A stretch of 63,777 bases of DNA, the filler included, from Circinaria calcarea (taxonomy: Eukaryota): the NCBI GenBank assembly GCA_051942165.1. It is 13 parts of 13 records of this genome, joined end to end, with 100 filler letters (N's around TTAATTAATTAA, not from the genome) between each part and the next. Parts side by side here need not be neighbours in the genome. Positions count along the whole stretch, not along the records: positions 24,612 to 29,427 come from JAVECS010002164.1; positions 29,528 to 34,342 come from JAVECS010002165.1; positions 34,443 to 39,253 come from JAVECS010002166.1; 10 more parts are not named here. One strand, 5' to 3'. The notes beneath the pieces are model-generated. The model made no database searches. It saw nothing but the letters and a program-made list of their open reading frames with translations, and had not been told where the DNA came from. The translations under genes were made by a program, and so were the position numbers. Numbering within the stretch: position 1 is the first letter of the stretch; each line of letters starts with the position of its first letter. Positions 26,084 through 37,170 of the stretch are shown here, in pieces.

Positions 26084-26284
26084 CTGGGGTATTAACTGTT
26101 AGCGCGGTCTTCAATCACCCCCTGCTATTATTAATACAGATCATATAAATTCAGGCCAAAAAAAAGGTAGCGATGATAGCCTACTGCTCAAAAGTTACTT
26201 GGTTTCTTCTTATGAATTTGAAGCGTGGTTTAGGCGTGCCCCAGCTGTTGTATAACAAACCGCGCTAACAGTTAATACGCCCAG
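26084..26284. mobile_element. MITE-like element, ~200 bp, related to 13936-14155
   Basis: Perfect 20-bp IR GTATTAACTGTTAGCGCGGT (26089-26108 / 26259-26278) extending to CTGGG/CCCAG ends. TA on the right flank only. Confidence 0.7.
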
Positions 26285-26643
26285 TACATATAAGTTTAAT
26301 TACAGCGACAAGTCCCTTTTGTTATCTTGAATTCAAGGAGAGTATGGAAACGGTTGAGCCCATCACTTCTGGTAATCAAGGATATTGAGCCATGACACGT
26401 ACAGGCACATGAACTATAGACCTTCAACACCCGGCGAACCTCTCTCGGTATGACAAGAAGAGCTCGAAAAGCCTCAGGGCCGGTGCCGGGCTCTAGTATA
26501 TTACTAGCTGACACTTGGAGAGCTTGTGGTAATTCTATGGGCATTCCTCAAAATTTGAATACGAGTGACCGAAGCTGATTCGTAGTGGCCACAGTGTTAC
26601 CGCTACACTTAGAGCTTACAATCCCTCATGTAACCGCTTGTAA

Positions 26644-28134
26644 TTACCTGCCAAACACCTCCCTTTTCACCCGTTCCAGTTCCAACCGTTTCCTCAACTC
26701 CTCGTTCTCCGCCCGGCCTTCTTCCAACCTCTTCCTCGCCCCACTTCGATCTAACAACCTCGCTTCCCTCTCCGCCTTCAGTCTCCTTTCCAGCTCCCGT
26801 AGCCTGTGGATCCATCTCTGTTCGCTGGGTTCTATAGGCTGAGTATGCACCACGGCTTGGGATGTCTCGAGGTTTTCGGCGGCGGCGGAGGAATCATGGC
26901 GTGTGGAGGCTGCCCGTAATCTATGCGTTTCCTCCTTCTCAGACCTTAGCTCAGCTTCCTGCTGCTTTAGCTTCTGGGACAGCTCTCGACCAAGGGGGTT
27001 AGTAGAGCTGCGCTCGAGGTTATCGGCGGTTGAGGAATGATGGCGTGTCAAGGCCGCCCGTAGTCTATGAATTCCCTCCTTCTCAGACCTTAAATCAGCT
27101 TCCGGCTGCTTTAGCTTTTGGGGCAGTTCTCGACCGAAGGGATTAGTGGAGCTGCGCTCGAGGTTATCGGCGGCGCTGGAGGAATAATGGCGTGTGGAGG
27201 CTGCCCGTAGTCTATGCGTTTCCTCCTTCTCAGACCTTAGCTCAGCTTCCTGCTGCTTTAGCTTTTGGGCCAGCTGGTCAACCAAATCCTTCCACCCCTG
27301 TGTTGCCTGCTCGGCTTTCATTTTCAAATCTTGGAAATTGGTACGTGATACCTCAGTCTGTCTCAAGGCCTCATCTCGTTCAATTTGCATAGCCTGAAAA
27401 CCTTGGGTGTTTCGCTCGTGCAAGTCCATCCAATCATTGCACTGCTGCGCCGCTCTGTCAAAGTCCGTCCTCAGCGATTGCTTCTCCTCTTGATGCCGCT
27501 TTACTTCGCGGGAAAGACGCTTGATTTCGTCTCCGTAATCCAGGTTTCTCAGTTTCACCTCGGATATCTGGTCGCGAAGCTCTCCAATCCGTATCTCGTA
27601 TTTCTCACGCTCGTCATCACTCATCTGTGTGTTCCGAGTCATGTCGGTATCTCGAGAGTCGGAGCGACCATGAGCTCTTGATGCTGAACGGTCGTATATG
27701 CTATTCCCTGCTGGGGATCGAGAATCTCCTGCCGTGGATCGAGAACCATGTCGGCGGCGTGTACCCATCTTCAATCATTAGCATCGCCTTACCCCCAGTA
27801 GACTGAGACATACCGCTTCCTCCTCTGACTTGGTGTTTCTTCCACCGGCTGCGTCTTTGGCTGCAAGTTCCTTTTTGAGCTGCAGCATGCCCTCATGCAT
27901 ACACCGTACCCTTATCTTCAAATCAATATTTTCTTTTTCTAGTTTATCCACCCTCTCGAGCTCATGTCTGATGGGTAGGCCCTTCATGCGATCATGAGCA
28001 TTGTCAAACCATTCGTGCCAATCGAACCTGGCTTCTTCGGTCATTTTCTTAGACTCGGCGAGGAGGTCGTGAGCTTCATCATCAGAGCACGTGGAGGACG
28101 TCGACGCCATGCTTATCGTTTTTGAAAAAGACAT
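26644..28134 (-). CDS. Short ApsB/Mto1-like coiled-coil protein (~481 aa) with CM1-like N-terminal and Mto1-type C-terminal motifs
   Basis: Exon 1 has LPIRHELERVDKLEKENIDLKIRV. In-frame 45-nt intron 27769-27813. C-terminus EQRWIHRLRELERRLKAEREARLLDRSGARKRLEE. Confidence 0.8.
26876..27276 (-). repeat. In-frame tandem repeat, ~3 x 141-144 bp
   Basis: QKLKQ(Q/P)EA(E/D)LRSEKE(E/G)xHRLRAAxTRHxSS..NLE occurs three times, with high nucleotide identity. Confidence 0.9.
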
Positions 28135-28902
28135 TGCTACGTAAAGTGGGAAGGTGAGATGGTGGTGTTTGAGAGAATTGGGAAGGAAGGTCGCGACAAT
28201 AAGTTGTTGTTTCGCAGGTAGCCTAAGCCCAATGTGGTAAGCGGGATATTTCACTAAATTTCGTAAGATATGACCCCAACACTGATACCTTAAGCCTGAT
28301 GTGGTAAGGCCCATGACAGAATGTACGCCTTACAAACACGGGGAATGGCCCGTGCACTAGCTTCACGTAGCTCCACTGAAACCCCCTAAGCTGTTCAGCT
28401 TTTCGGCTACCGGTAGCTGGTCAGAGAGCGTGAAAGCATCCTCCAATATATAGTGCAGCAGTCTCTCTGAAATCAATTATCATTTGGGCGTTTACTGCAA
28501 GAGAACCATGCTAATATCTATCATGCCTACGCCTACAGTAGATCCTCCCACCCCTGTACTGGCTGCTCGACTTCTTCAATCGTTCATGCATGTTGGTGAA
28601 GTTCATGTGTAATTCGGCAACTACTCCGTAAGGTAGCTTGTCTAATAGAGCCAGCACCTGCAGTGTCACAGCATGGGGAGACTACTACTATAAGATAGCG
28701 CTACTTTCAGATCACTGTTCTATTGTGCTTTCTTGTAGACTTCATCAGGACGGAGATTTCTGTGGTCCACCAAAGACTTTGAGACTCGAGCAAGAGAAGG
28801 ACCTCGTTGTCAAATCACATAGAGTAGAGACAAGCGCGAGATACTTCCAGTACCATGAGGGTATCATTTCGATCCAAAACAAACATCGCAGATCACACAT
28901 AT

Positions 28903-29424
28903 TCACGTCTTCTTCTCTCCATCTCCCCCAACCTTTCTTTTCTTTGCCTTTGCCTTCTTCCTTTTACTCTTGTCCCGCTTCTTCAGTCCTTGCATTCCAG
29001 ACTTGCAAACCTCAGCATAGCGAATATAGAACCTTTCCAGATCTTCAGGCGCTACCACTGTTGAAATCTTGATTCTATCCTTTCGGTCCTCGCCTGACCT
29101 CCCATCAGTAGCTCTTATCAGTACCGGGAGTGGTGTGGAAGGATGGAGGTCCGCCAGCGAGTCGTTGAGTGCGGCAGTAGTGGATGGAGGTGATGACGTA
29201 GAAATATCGTTGCCATGAGTCACTACACGATAGTTAGCAATGATTAGAAAGGAGCGGTAGACTGCTTACGACGTTTCTGAACAAGGAAGATGGATCCATG
29301 ATTGACCTTTCTCCTTGACTCAAATAGTTCGGAAAGTCTTGCGAAGAACTAAAACGTCAGTAGAATCCAAAGACACCAATCTGTTCTAACAGACCTCATC
29401 TATTCCTAGATGTTGCGCTGCCAT
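28903..29424 (-). CDS. SRP14: Signal recognition particle subunit SRP14
   Basis: MAAQHLGIDE | FFARLSELFE..HGSIFLVQKR | ..VLIRATDG..KISTVV..YAEVCKSGMQGLKKRDKSK; two introns. Confidence 0.92.
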
Positions 29425-29527
29425 TAGNNNNNNNNNNNNNNNNNNNNNNNNNNNNNNNNNNNNNNNNNNNNTTAATTAATTAANNNNNNNNNNNNNNNNN
29501 NNNNNNNNNNNNNNNNNNNNNNNNNNN

Positions 29528-30014
29528 GAGTCCCATAGCTATCATACCAGCAAGCAGCTCTGCGAGACCTCCTAAAATGACAACTTTGGTGCTACCTAGT
29601 GAAGACAGTCCTGCGGTCAGGGCGAACGGGACAGTCAATCCATCTGCAAGTCCTATGGTGGCGTCCGAGATGATTCGGGCTTTCATTCCGTCCCAAGAGG
29701 AGTTGAAACAGAAATACGAAACTAGCCGTCTCCAAAACGGATAACGCTTCCCATAAGAGGAGTGGTCACTGTCAGTCTGCTGGGTTTCAACATCAGAGAC
29801 AGCATGGCTAAGATGCGGAGAACCGGCAACATTATCTATGCTCTGATTAGTTCTTAACCTCACGGGAAGTTGAGCAAGCCGCCTAGAGACTCATTTCCTT
29901 ACCTATCATGACCGCAACCGGGCCTTTGGTTTCATGGACTATTGTTGCTTGCGGTTGATTGGGTTGAGCACGCAGGTTTGGAAACAGTCGATTCTTCAGC
30001 CAAACAACAGACAT
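29528..30014 (-). CDS. CCC1: VIT1/CCC1-family vacuolar iron importer, 5' part (3' cut by contig edge)
   Basis: ARIISDATIGLADGLTVPFALTAGLSSLG..GGLAELLAGMIAMGL. ATG at 30014; one phase-1 intron (gtaagg..catag). Confidence 0.9.
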
Positions 30015-30178
30015 CTTGTTGTGGTTTGTACGATCAAGTAAAACCTGGGTGGTATCTGAATAATCTGTGCCTTGGAAGCCCTTTCGGAAGTTTGATTAGG
30101 TTCGGTAGGATGGTCAAGTCGAAGGTGCGGAATTTAAGGACAAACTCCACTGTGACGGATTTGACGATTTCGGGCCAG

Positions 30179-30198
30179 CCAATCAGATATATGATATT
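30179..30198 (+). promoter_or_regulatory. Candidate CBC:HapX bipartite site (CSAAT-N12-RWT) upstream of CCC1
   Basis: CCAAT cagatatatgat ATT, ~165 bp upstream of the CCC1 ATG. Confidence 0.55.
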
Positions 30199-30971
30199 CA
30201 TAAGCTGCCGGAATCAATCGGGCCGTCCACCGTTATTATCGAATCGCAACGTCTTTGTACACAACACAGAATCTGCCGCCGTTGAATGGACGAGGAAGCA
30301 GACTATATACATGCTCCCTCTTAGATCCTCAACTTACGCACAAAACTTACCAGTACATCAAACCACCAATTTAGGATTACCTAGCTTGTCGAGTTTGGTC
30401 TCTGTAAACCATCTAGACCTCCATTCGCGACATGCGACAACAATGCAAAAGGGATTCAGAAACCTGCAGCTTCTATTGCCTTCCTTGGCCGCGTTGCATG
30501 CTCCAGCTAGCGACTTCTCTACCAGACTCGAGAGCGCGTGTCCAAAAGCTATTGCCGATAAGTGGTGACTGGCTAGAATAGCACTGTGTACTGATTACAT
30601 TTGGATGCCGATCTCTGGAATTGGATATCAACACATTCACGGTCTTTAAAAATTAATGATATACATTCTCGACATCATGGTCCTCCAGGTTTACATGTAC
30701 ACCTTCCACAGCAAATATCAACAGAATGATTAGGGAAACAAACTCCACACTTCCAGATTTACAAAACCCGAGCCATGAACTAGATATCTCACCTGACTTC
30801 GGACAGCCTAGGTAAAACAACGATATTACTGCCGGTCGGCTTAGTCCCACTAATAGTTGAGTAATACTCTCTGCGGATGGACTGTCAAAGTTTCCGACAT
30901 CCCTCCTAGGACGTTAGGGAACAAGCACACAGTATTGCAAGGCGCCAAATCCAGAAGTTTACATCCCAGTC

Positions 30972-31148
30972 TTGCGGGTGACAAGAAAGTTGGCCCGCCA
31001 TAATATGGACCACCGTGACCCGTCGCCTAATTATGATCACTAAATTTGTGAGGACCTTCAAGAATTAGAAGCCTGGACGGCACTATAGCCAGGCACTTGA
31101 CTTAAGCCGAAAAACTTCAGCGTGCCAACTTTTTTGTCAAACGCGAGC
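30972..31148. repeat. ~170-bp module bounded by imperfect inverted repeats; diverged inverted copy at ~32985-33190
   Basis: Ends TGACAAGAAAGTTGGC..GCCAACTTTTTTGTCA. Blocks GGACGGCACTATAGCCAGG and ATGATCACTAAATTTGTGAGGACC match the other copy exactly in reverse complement. Confidence 0.85.
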
Positions 31149-31853
31149 CAGTATACAAGCAGCATATAGCGCATTCACTAACAATCCAAACCTCATCCGC
31201 ACCACAAGGTCACGGAGCTACTTATCAGCCCAGACTACTGAAAAGCAAAGGCAAGATGCCTGCATCGAATTCCTGCCATGTTTGACAGGTCGATGGCTGC
31301 GAAGATTGTATGGCTGAGGAAATAGTGGCAACGAAGGGAGTCTATGTCACAATTAGAGTTTAGGTGAAGATGATGGTCACTGGGTTTGAAATCGCGGAAG
31401 AGTTGAAGATGGAAGAGAGCGGAGAGTGTAAATACAGAGGAGTTCCAATAGAGTCTCGCACTACGGGCAGACGGAGGTTTGGCGCTACTTTCGCCCGCCA
31501 TAGGGGCGAGACTTCATACAAACTCCTTCATCATACGATACACCTATCGAAATAGGCTCCAAGTCCTCCTCCTACAAGAGAAGAGTGTACAGCAGGGTCT
31601 CGAATCTCTGTTCTGATGGGGAACCTTTATAAGGGCCAGCACCCCCACTTCATAGCAAATGTACGCAGCCTAGGTAGCTTGTATATCAAAGCCTCCTTGC
31701 GTGTTTGATTACCCTTTTTCTTCTGGGAAAAGATGGAGAGTTTTGAGCCTGGAACTCCGTTAACTATGACCTCTCCCTTCTCCCCTCTCCCCTCTCCCTC
31801 ATCCTCCTTCCAATACCATCATCCCCTTCCCCCTTCCCTCTTTCCTCAGGAAC

Positions 31854-32132
31854 CTAAGCGCCCCCTTCCCTCTTCGCATACTCGTCCTCCATCCGCTCCT
31901 CGTACAAGCGCCCGGCTTCGTCCTCCTTCTCCCTCCCATCCTCCGTATTCCCTCCTTCCCGCTCTCCTGCTGACCTTGTATCCCCATTCCCTTTCTCTTT
32001 CCCGCTCACGCTCGCGCTCGCGCTCGCGCTTTCGTGTTCGAGACCGCGCTCATCGCTTTTTGCGTTCGCGTTCGCGTTCGCGTTCGAGGGAGAGGAGGAG
32101 AGCGTGTTTGAAGTTGTGGGCATGGTGGGCAT
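31854..32132 (-). CDS. Small disordered protein with the conserved fungal C-terminal motif LYEERMEDEYAKREGGA
   Basis: 92-aa ORF with ATG. I recall this C-terminal motif from unannotated Pezizomycotina small proteins. The body is expanded by NA/SA hexanucleotide microsatellites. Confidence 0.75.
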   Translation of the reverse strand: MPTMPTTSNTLSSSPSNANANANAKSDERGLEHESASASASVSGKEKGNGDTRSAGEREGGNTEDGREKEDEAGRLYEERMEDEYAKREGGA

Positions 32133-32439
32133 TTGCTTTGATTGATTTTGGGGATTTGGCTTTGGCTTTGGGGGTTTGGGGTCGCGGAGTCGTTGTTGGG
32201 TTGGGGGTTATTTTGGTGGGGTTGGTTCGCAAGAAGTTTCGAATTATCGGGGTACTGCGTCGAATTAATAAAATAAACCCCCCCCCCGGTACGAATTCTG
32301 TAGAACTATGGTATCGCTAGCTCTTTTTTTTTCGAAAAAAAAAGTTCTTCTTGTGTCTTCTCTGGGGGGTTCCGGCCGGGTGAAGGAAGGAAGATCCGGA
32401 TGAGTGTGGTGGGTGGGGTTTCCTTTTCGGTATGGTGGT

Positions 32440-34200
32440 GCAAACTTCGACGCAAGATCAAGATCCACAAAGAATCGAAACTTTCGTTTCGACAAACACG
32501 TAACTGGACATGAGATCAGATCTTGGGATACCATACCTAATATCTAGAGGTTGCCCCTTGCCCTTTGCCCTCGCCTTCCCCCCTCCTCCAAGTTTTCGAT
32601 CCCCTTGCTTGCCCTGGTCCTTGGAAAAAGAATGCAGGTACTTCGTAGTACTTCTGCTTTTTTTTTAGAGAAAAAAACACAAGTACAAAGTAGATTTGGT
32701 TGTGAAACTCCCAAACGGCACGCGCTTGACAGCGAAATAGAAACGTTTGTTTAAGCGCCGAGTTTCTGGCCACTGGGTTTGTGATGACCACTTTTTCCTA
32801 GCCGCCGGGTGATCGCTTATGGTAAGGGTAGATAGGGACAGGGACAGGGACAGGGGCAGGGACGCAAACTGATGGCTGTGCCGTACCTATTTCTAGTTTC
32901 TGCATCGACCTGAGTACTACGTAGTATGTCAATGCGGGGAAAGGGCGCTAAAGCTAGACTTCCATATTTTATACCCCGGGGCTTCGGCTCGCGGGTGATC
33001 AAGAAAAAGAGTTGGCACGGCTGAAAATAATTTCGGCCCCCAAAGTGACACAAGTCCCCCCCTGGCTATAGTGCCGTCCTAGCCTCGAACTTTTTGAAAG
33101 GGGGTCCTCACAAATTTAGTGATCATGGTTATAGGCGAGAGATCCACAGTTTGGATCTATATTATGGGGCGTGCCAACTTTTCTTTGTTCAAGTGCTAAG
33201 CAAGGGGTGTAGAGGCGAGAAAGAGTGGCAAAGTCAATGGTGACTGTTGTCGGAATTGGTCACGTGGGAGGCACCGTGAGTGCTTATATTAATATGCACT
33301 ACGGAGTAGTCTATTTGTATATAGGGATTTCGCCTAGTAGTAATCAACTTCAGCTTGGAATAACTACATTGTCGACTTTTGAGTGGCGAAGCCTAGATAT
33401 TTAAGGGGGGGAAAATTGGGTCGCTTGCGGCCTTTTGGGGAGGGGAGGAGGAAGGGGAGCGTAGATCCGAGTAAGGGGTTTTTTTGGTGGGTGAATTCGA
33501 GAACCGATTGAAAAAAAAGATATCGACTTCGACTTCCGACTGGACACGTAGAAAGAAAAAGATCTACGGATACCTGGGGTAGCTAGCCCCCTGCCCTTTC
33601 GGAAATGCACATACGTTTTTACTAGTAGAAAAAACCAAAAGATATTCGCTGAAACCCGCATTAACTAGTGTACCTCAACGGCGCTTGACAGGGGAAAGAA
33701 CCTTTTAATTCGTGCGGTAAGCGATTCACCTGCGCTAGAAGTGTGGTTGGTCATCACAAACCCAGTGGCTAGAAATCCACTGGAGTTAGGCGATTAAAAT
33801 ACGGGCCAGGGTGGGGGGGGCATGTATTTTCGGGAGTTGCCATTTTTTTTCCTTTCTGTCAAACGCAAACGTCACACACGCCAACAATGTACTCCGTACC
33901 TATTTCTAGTTCTTCATCTACGTCATTGTTGCGGGGAAAAGGCGAGAAGGGGGGCGAAACCAAAAACTGATTAGCCACACGAAAAGCAGCGCCATTAGGG
34001 ATTCCAACCTAAGATTAATCTCAGTGATGATGACCCCCTTCGTACATTTATTTGTACTTGTGCGCAAGCGCTTTCATCCGGGGGGAAACAGGAGAGGGGG
34101 TTGCGGAGTTAGATGGTTGGGATTGTGTGGACTGTCGAATTTTTTGGGTGGCGAAGCCTAGATAGAATGTTAGGGGGAGAAAGGTCGCTTGCGGGGTTGG
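32440..34200. repeat. Diverged non-coding tandem duplication (units ~0.75-1 kb) with an internal inverted segment
   Basis: Collinear blocks: GCGCTTGACAG (32722/33681), CCGTACCTATTTCTAGTT (32881/33894), GCGGGGAAA (32934/33931), GTGGCGAAGCCTAGATA (33383/34148). Segment 32752-32819 is inverted at ~33718-33788. Confidence 0.8.
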
Positions 34201-35125
34201 GGGAGAGTCTAGATTTTGGATGCAAGAGTTCTAGATTCGTCTCTTGTAGATTTTGAGCAAGTTGTAATCATACACGTGTATCTGGGGGTGGATGCAAAGT
34301 GGGGGTTTTGCGTGTGGAGAGGGGGTGCGTCCCGTATCGGAGNNNNNNNNNNNNNNNNNNNNNNNNNNNNNNNNNNNNNNNNNNNNTTAATTAATTAANN
34401 NNNNNNNNNNNNNNNNNNNNNNNNNNNNNNNNNNNNNNNNNNCAAGGAAAAGGGGGGTGGGGTGGGTAGGTTATGTTACGATTTAGTCTTATACCATTCG
34501 ATACAGGGCGGGTTTTATCCATATATTTTTATATTCGACGCCGTATAAGACCGACGTGAGATTAGGCTTTGAATTCTGGACAATTATTCCCAGTTTCAAG
34601 GTTAGGAGATGATTATAATCTATCGTGCGCGACTCCTGAGACGGATTACCTTTACACTGGGTTTAGAATGTCATAGATTGAATGTCAAGAGTCCGTATAC
34701 AAGTACAGAATACACTCCTACCATCGTGTTCTATAGAATTGTGTTACACCACAGTATATTATAGTTGCCGTCAAACTATGGGGATCAAGAAATGCACTTG
34801 CATTTGAGGACTGGAAGAAGCACTAGTTGTTCTAGATATCTCCTGTAGTTTATGCCCAACCAAGGTCTATCGATCTAGTAAGTGAGGGATGTATAAGTCT
34901 GATAACGCCGACAACAGTCCAGGTTATCTCGAAAGAACTTATATCCAAATGCGTTATGTCCGTCAAATTTATCAGATATTCGAATCTCTCACTGCATGAA
35001 GAGTCCCCTCTGTCCTCCGACGATGCGACGCACAGCAGCAACTTTATCATGCCCAAGGCTTTCGGTCCGTGAACTTATGAGTCTATCCTTCGAAAGAACA
35101 TTTAGTTAGGTTCTCCATAAACACA

Positions 35126-36362
35126 TCACTCGGCAAATCCCATAAATAGCCCAGGGACCAATCGCACTTTGCTAGGCTTGGGAAGCATCATAACTGAAAA
35201 TCCACATACCATAGCCCTCCATTCCCCGCTACCAAGGTTCGTCTGGCTAGGTCCGCTGTCTCGGAATCCTACCCTTGCGAACCAGTTTACGAGTTTAGGA
35301 GGAGCAATTAGCACAGCCCCATCTGCGAGTCCGGCGGATTCCATGCGTTGAAGGTAGGACTTTATGATCGTGCGGCCGAGGAGACGGTTTTGATGCGTGG
35401 GGAGGACGGCAAGGGAATGGATTGCTAATGTATGGCCATTGGGTACGTGGCCGCGTGCTGGGATGTTGTCCTTGGGTGGGACGGGCGGAGCGTCTTTGGC
35501 AGGAACTAGAGGTTTCGTATCAGATGGAGGAGAAGAGCCGGAGATGGAGGTAGAAGCGTCTTGACGACCAGTATGGTTAGGGTGGGAGCGGAAACTGGAA
35601 GGAATGTCCATGTTGACATCTGTGATGGTAGGCGAGTCCGATTGGGTAGCAATTACGTGGGCGAGAAGTATTGCACGGTGCGAGGGCGTGGATGAGTCTG
35701 GTACTTGGGCGGCTTTGTGGGAAGGCTCAGTCTCGGCGGATGGGGATATCTTTGTGGAGGAGAATAGTCCGAGGCAGAGTTCTGGACAGGTCGTGAGAAG
35801 ATATTCAAGCTGTGGGGCCGAAGTTCCAGTTAGCCAAAGGATTCTGCGAGGCAAGATTGTATGAGATAGCAATATGGGGGAGACGCAAGAAAACGTATTC
35901 AAGGGATAAGGAGAAGCATCTGTGAACGACGGTTTCTTTCTGAAACTGCCTGTCAGCATGGGGGTGGGTGTCAAATACAAAATACACTGTGAGAGAAAAG
36001 ACAGTTTTGATAGTGCATACAATTTACGCAAGAGCATTTGTGTTTGGATTTCGCTGCTGTGAATTTATTTGCAGAGGAAGGAGTATATTTACCGTCTCTC
36101 TCGAATACCTCTTCTGCTCTGGAAAAGCCGCATTCTCCAAGGCTACACAGCTTTCAAGGTCCTGCACTGATAGGGTCTGGACATAGGGGTGGAGATTGCC
36201 CTTCTTGGAGTCGGCGGTATTCCTCATCCTGTTCGATGGTTGGGGATCTCTGTAGTCTTCGCTGTAAATGGCAAACCCATTTATATGGTTTCCCTGTCCG
36301 TTTGGCGAGCTCGGGCCAGGCGTTTGTGCCTCAGGGCTTTGTGTAAGAGTCAATTCGGCCAT
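35126..36362 (-). CDS. GNAT-family acetyltransferase (Paa1/arylalkylamine N-acetyltransferase-like); last exon uncertain
   Basis: LHPYVQTLSVQDLESCVALENAAFP | intron 35810-36092 | LTTCPELCLGLF, LLAHVIAT, LAIHSLAVLPTHQNRLLG. Confidence 0.85.
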
Positions 36363-37170
36363 TTCTTTGATGATTGAATTCAGTCTGGAGATGTTGTTTT
36401 CCTTTATGCATGTGCGCGATTAAGATTCTGACTGGGGAAGAGACAACCCGATGAGAGTTTGGACGGGGGAATCCTGTATTTGGAGGCGGACGCATTGTGG
36501 CGCTCGATGATGCTTGGTGGGCGATCTTCATTCTGACTGCTGGCAATGCACACGCGGGAAACTGGTCATCGTGTGAGTAGAGGCAAAGGCTATCTACTGG
36601 TATAGTTGTAAATATTTGGACACCGCGATGGACCCAAAGTACTCAAAGTGCCTATGGCCTTGTCCTCTCCCCGAACAGTGACGTCATCCGGCATCTCCCA
36701 AACTGTGGTATTGGGTCTCGGCTTAAGGTACTCCGTATGCAATGCAGCAAAGTAATGCACGTCTGACTTGAACCACCATCATCTTCCCCGCCTAATCTCA
36801 TGAGATGGTCCCCTCCCCGAACAATCCACTGGTTCCATCTTATAGGCCAAGCTGTTAGTTGAATCTCCACCGCCTTATGGGGTATGCTTCCAGTGCCTTC
36901 TGGCTCCTGGCGGAAGCGCATTGTGTGCCTTACGTATCAACTTTCACGTCGGGATGTTTTCTCACTCGGGCAAAAATAATAGCAAACCCTACTAAATAGA
37001 TCTGGTCATGACGATTGAAGCCGCTCTCTTCTCCGTCTACTTTATATTCCCATTTCCAAGGTGTGGCGAGACTAAGCCTGTAAATTCCAGTTGACATCAA
37101 AGTCACCTCAACATCGGCCGATTATATTATCTCACAATTCGCGGACGGGACCGTCAGATCAGTGTCCATC

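Noticed and set aside
31733..32320. SR/RS-domain protein on the + strand
   Set aside because: It is the antisense reading of hexamer microsatellites in the 92-aa minus-strand gene.
32781..32913. C/D box snoRNA (GTGATGA..CTGA)
   Set aside because: The C-box-like segment is inverted in the paralogous unit, and no terminal stem or rRNA guide is recognised.
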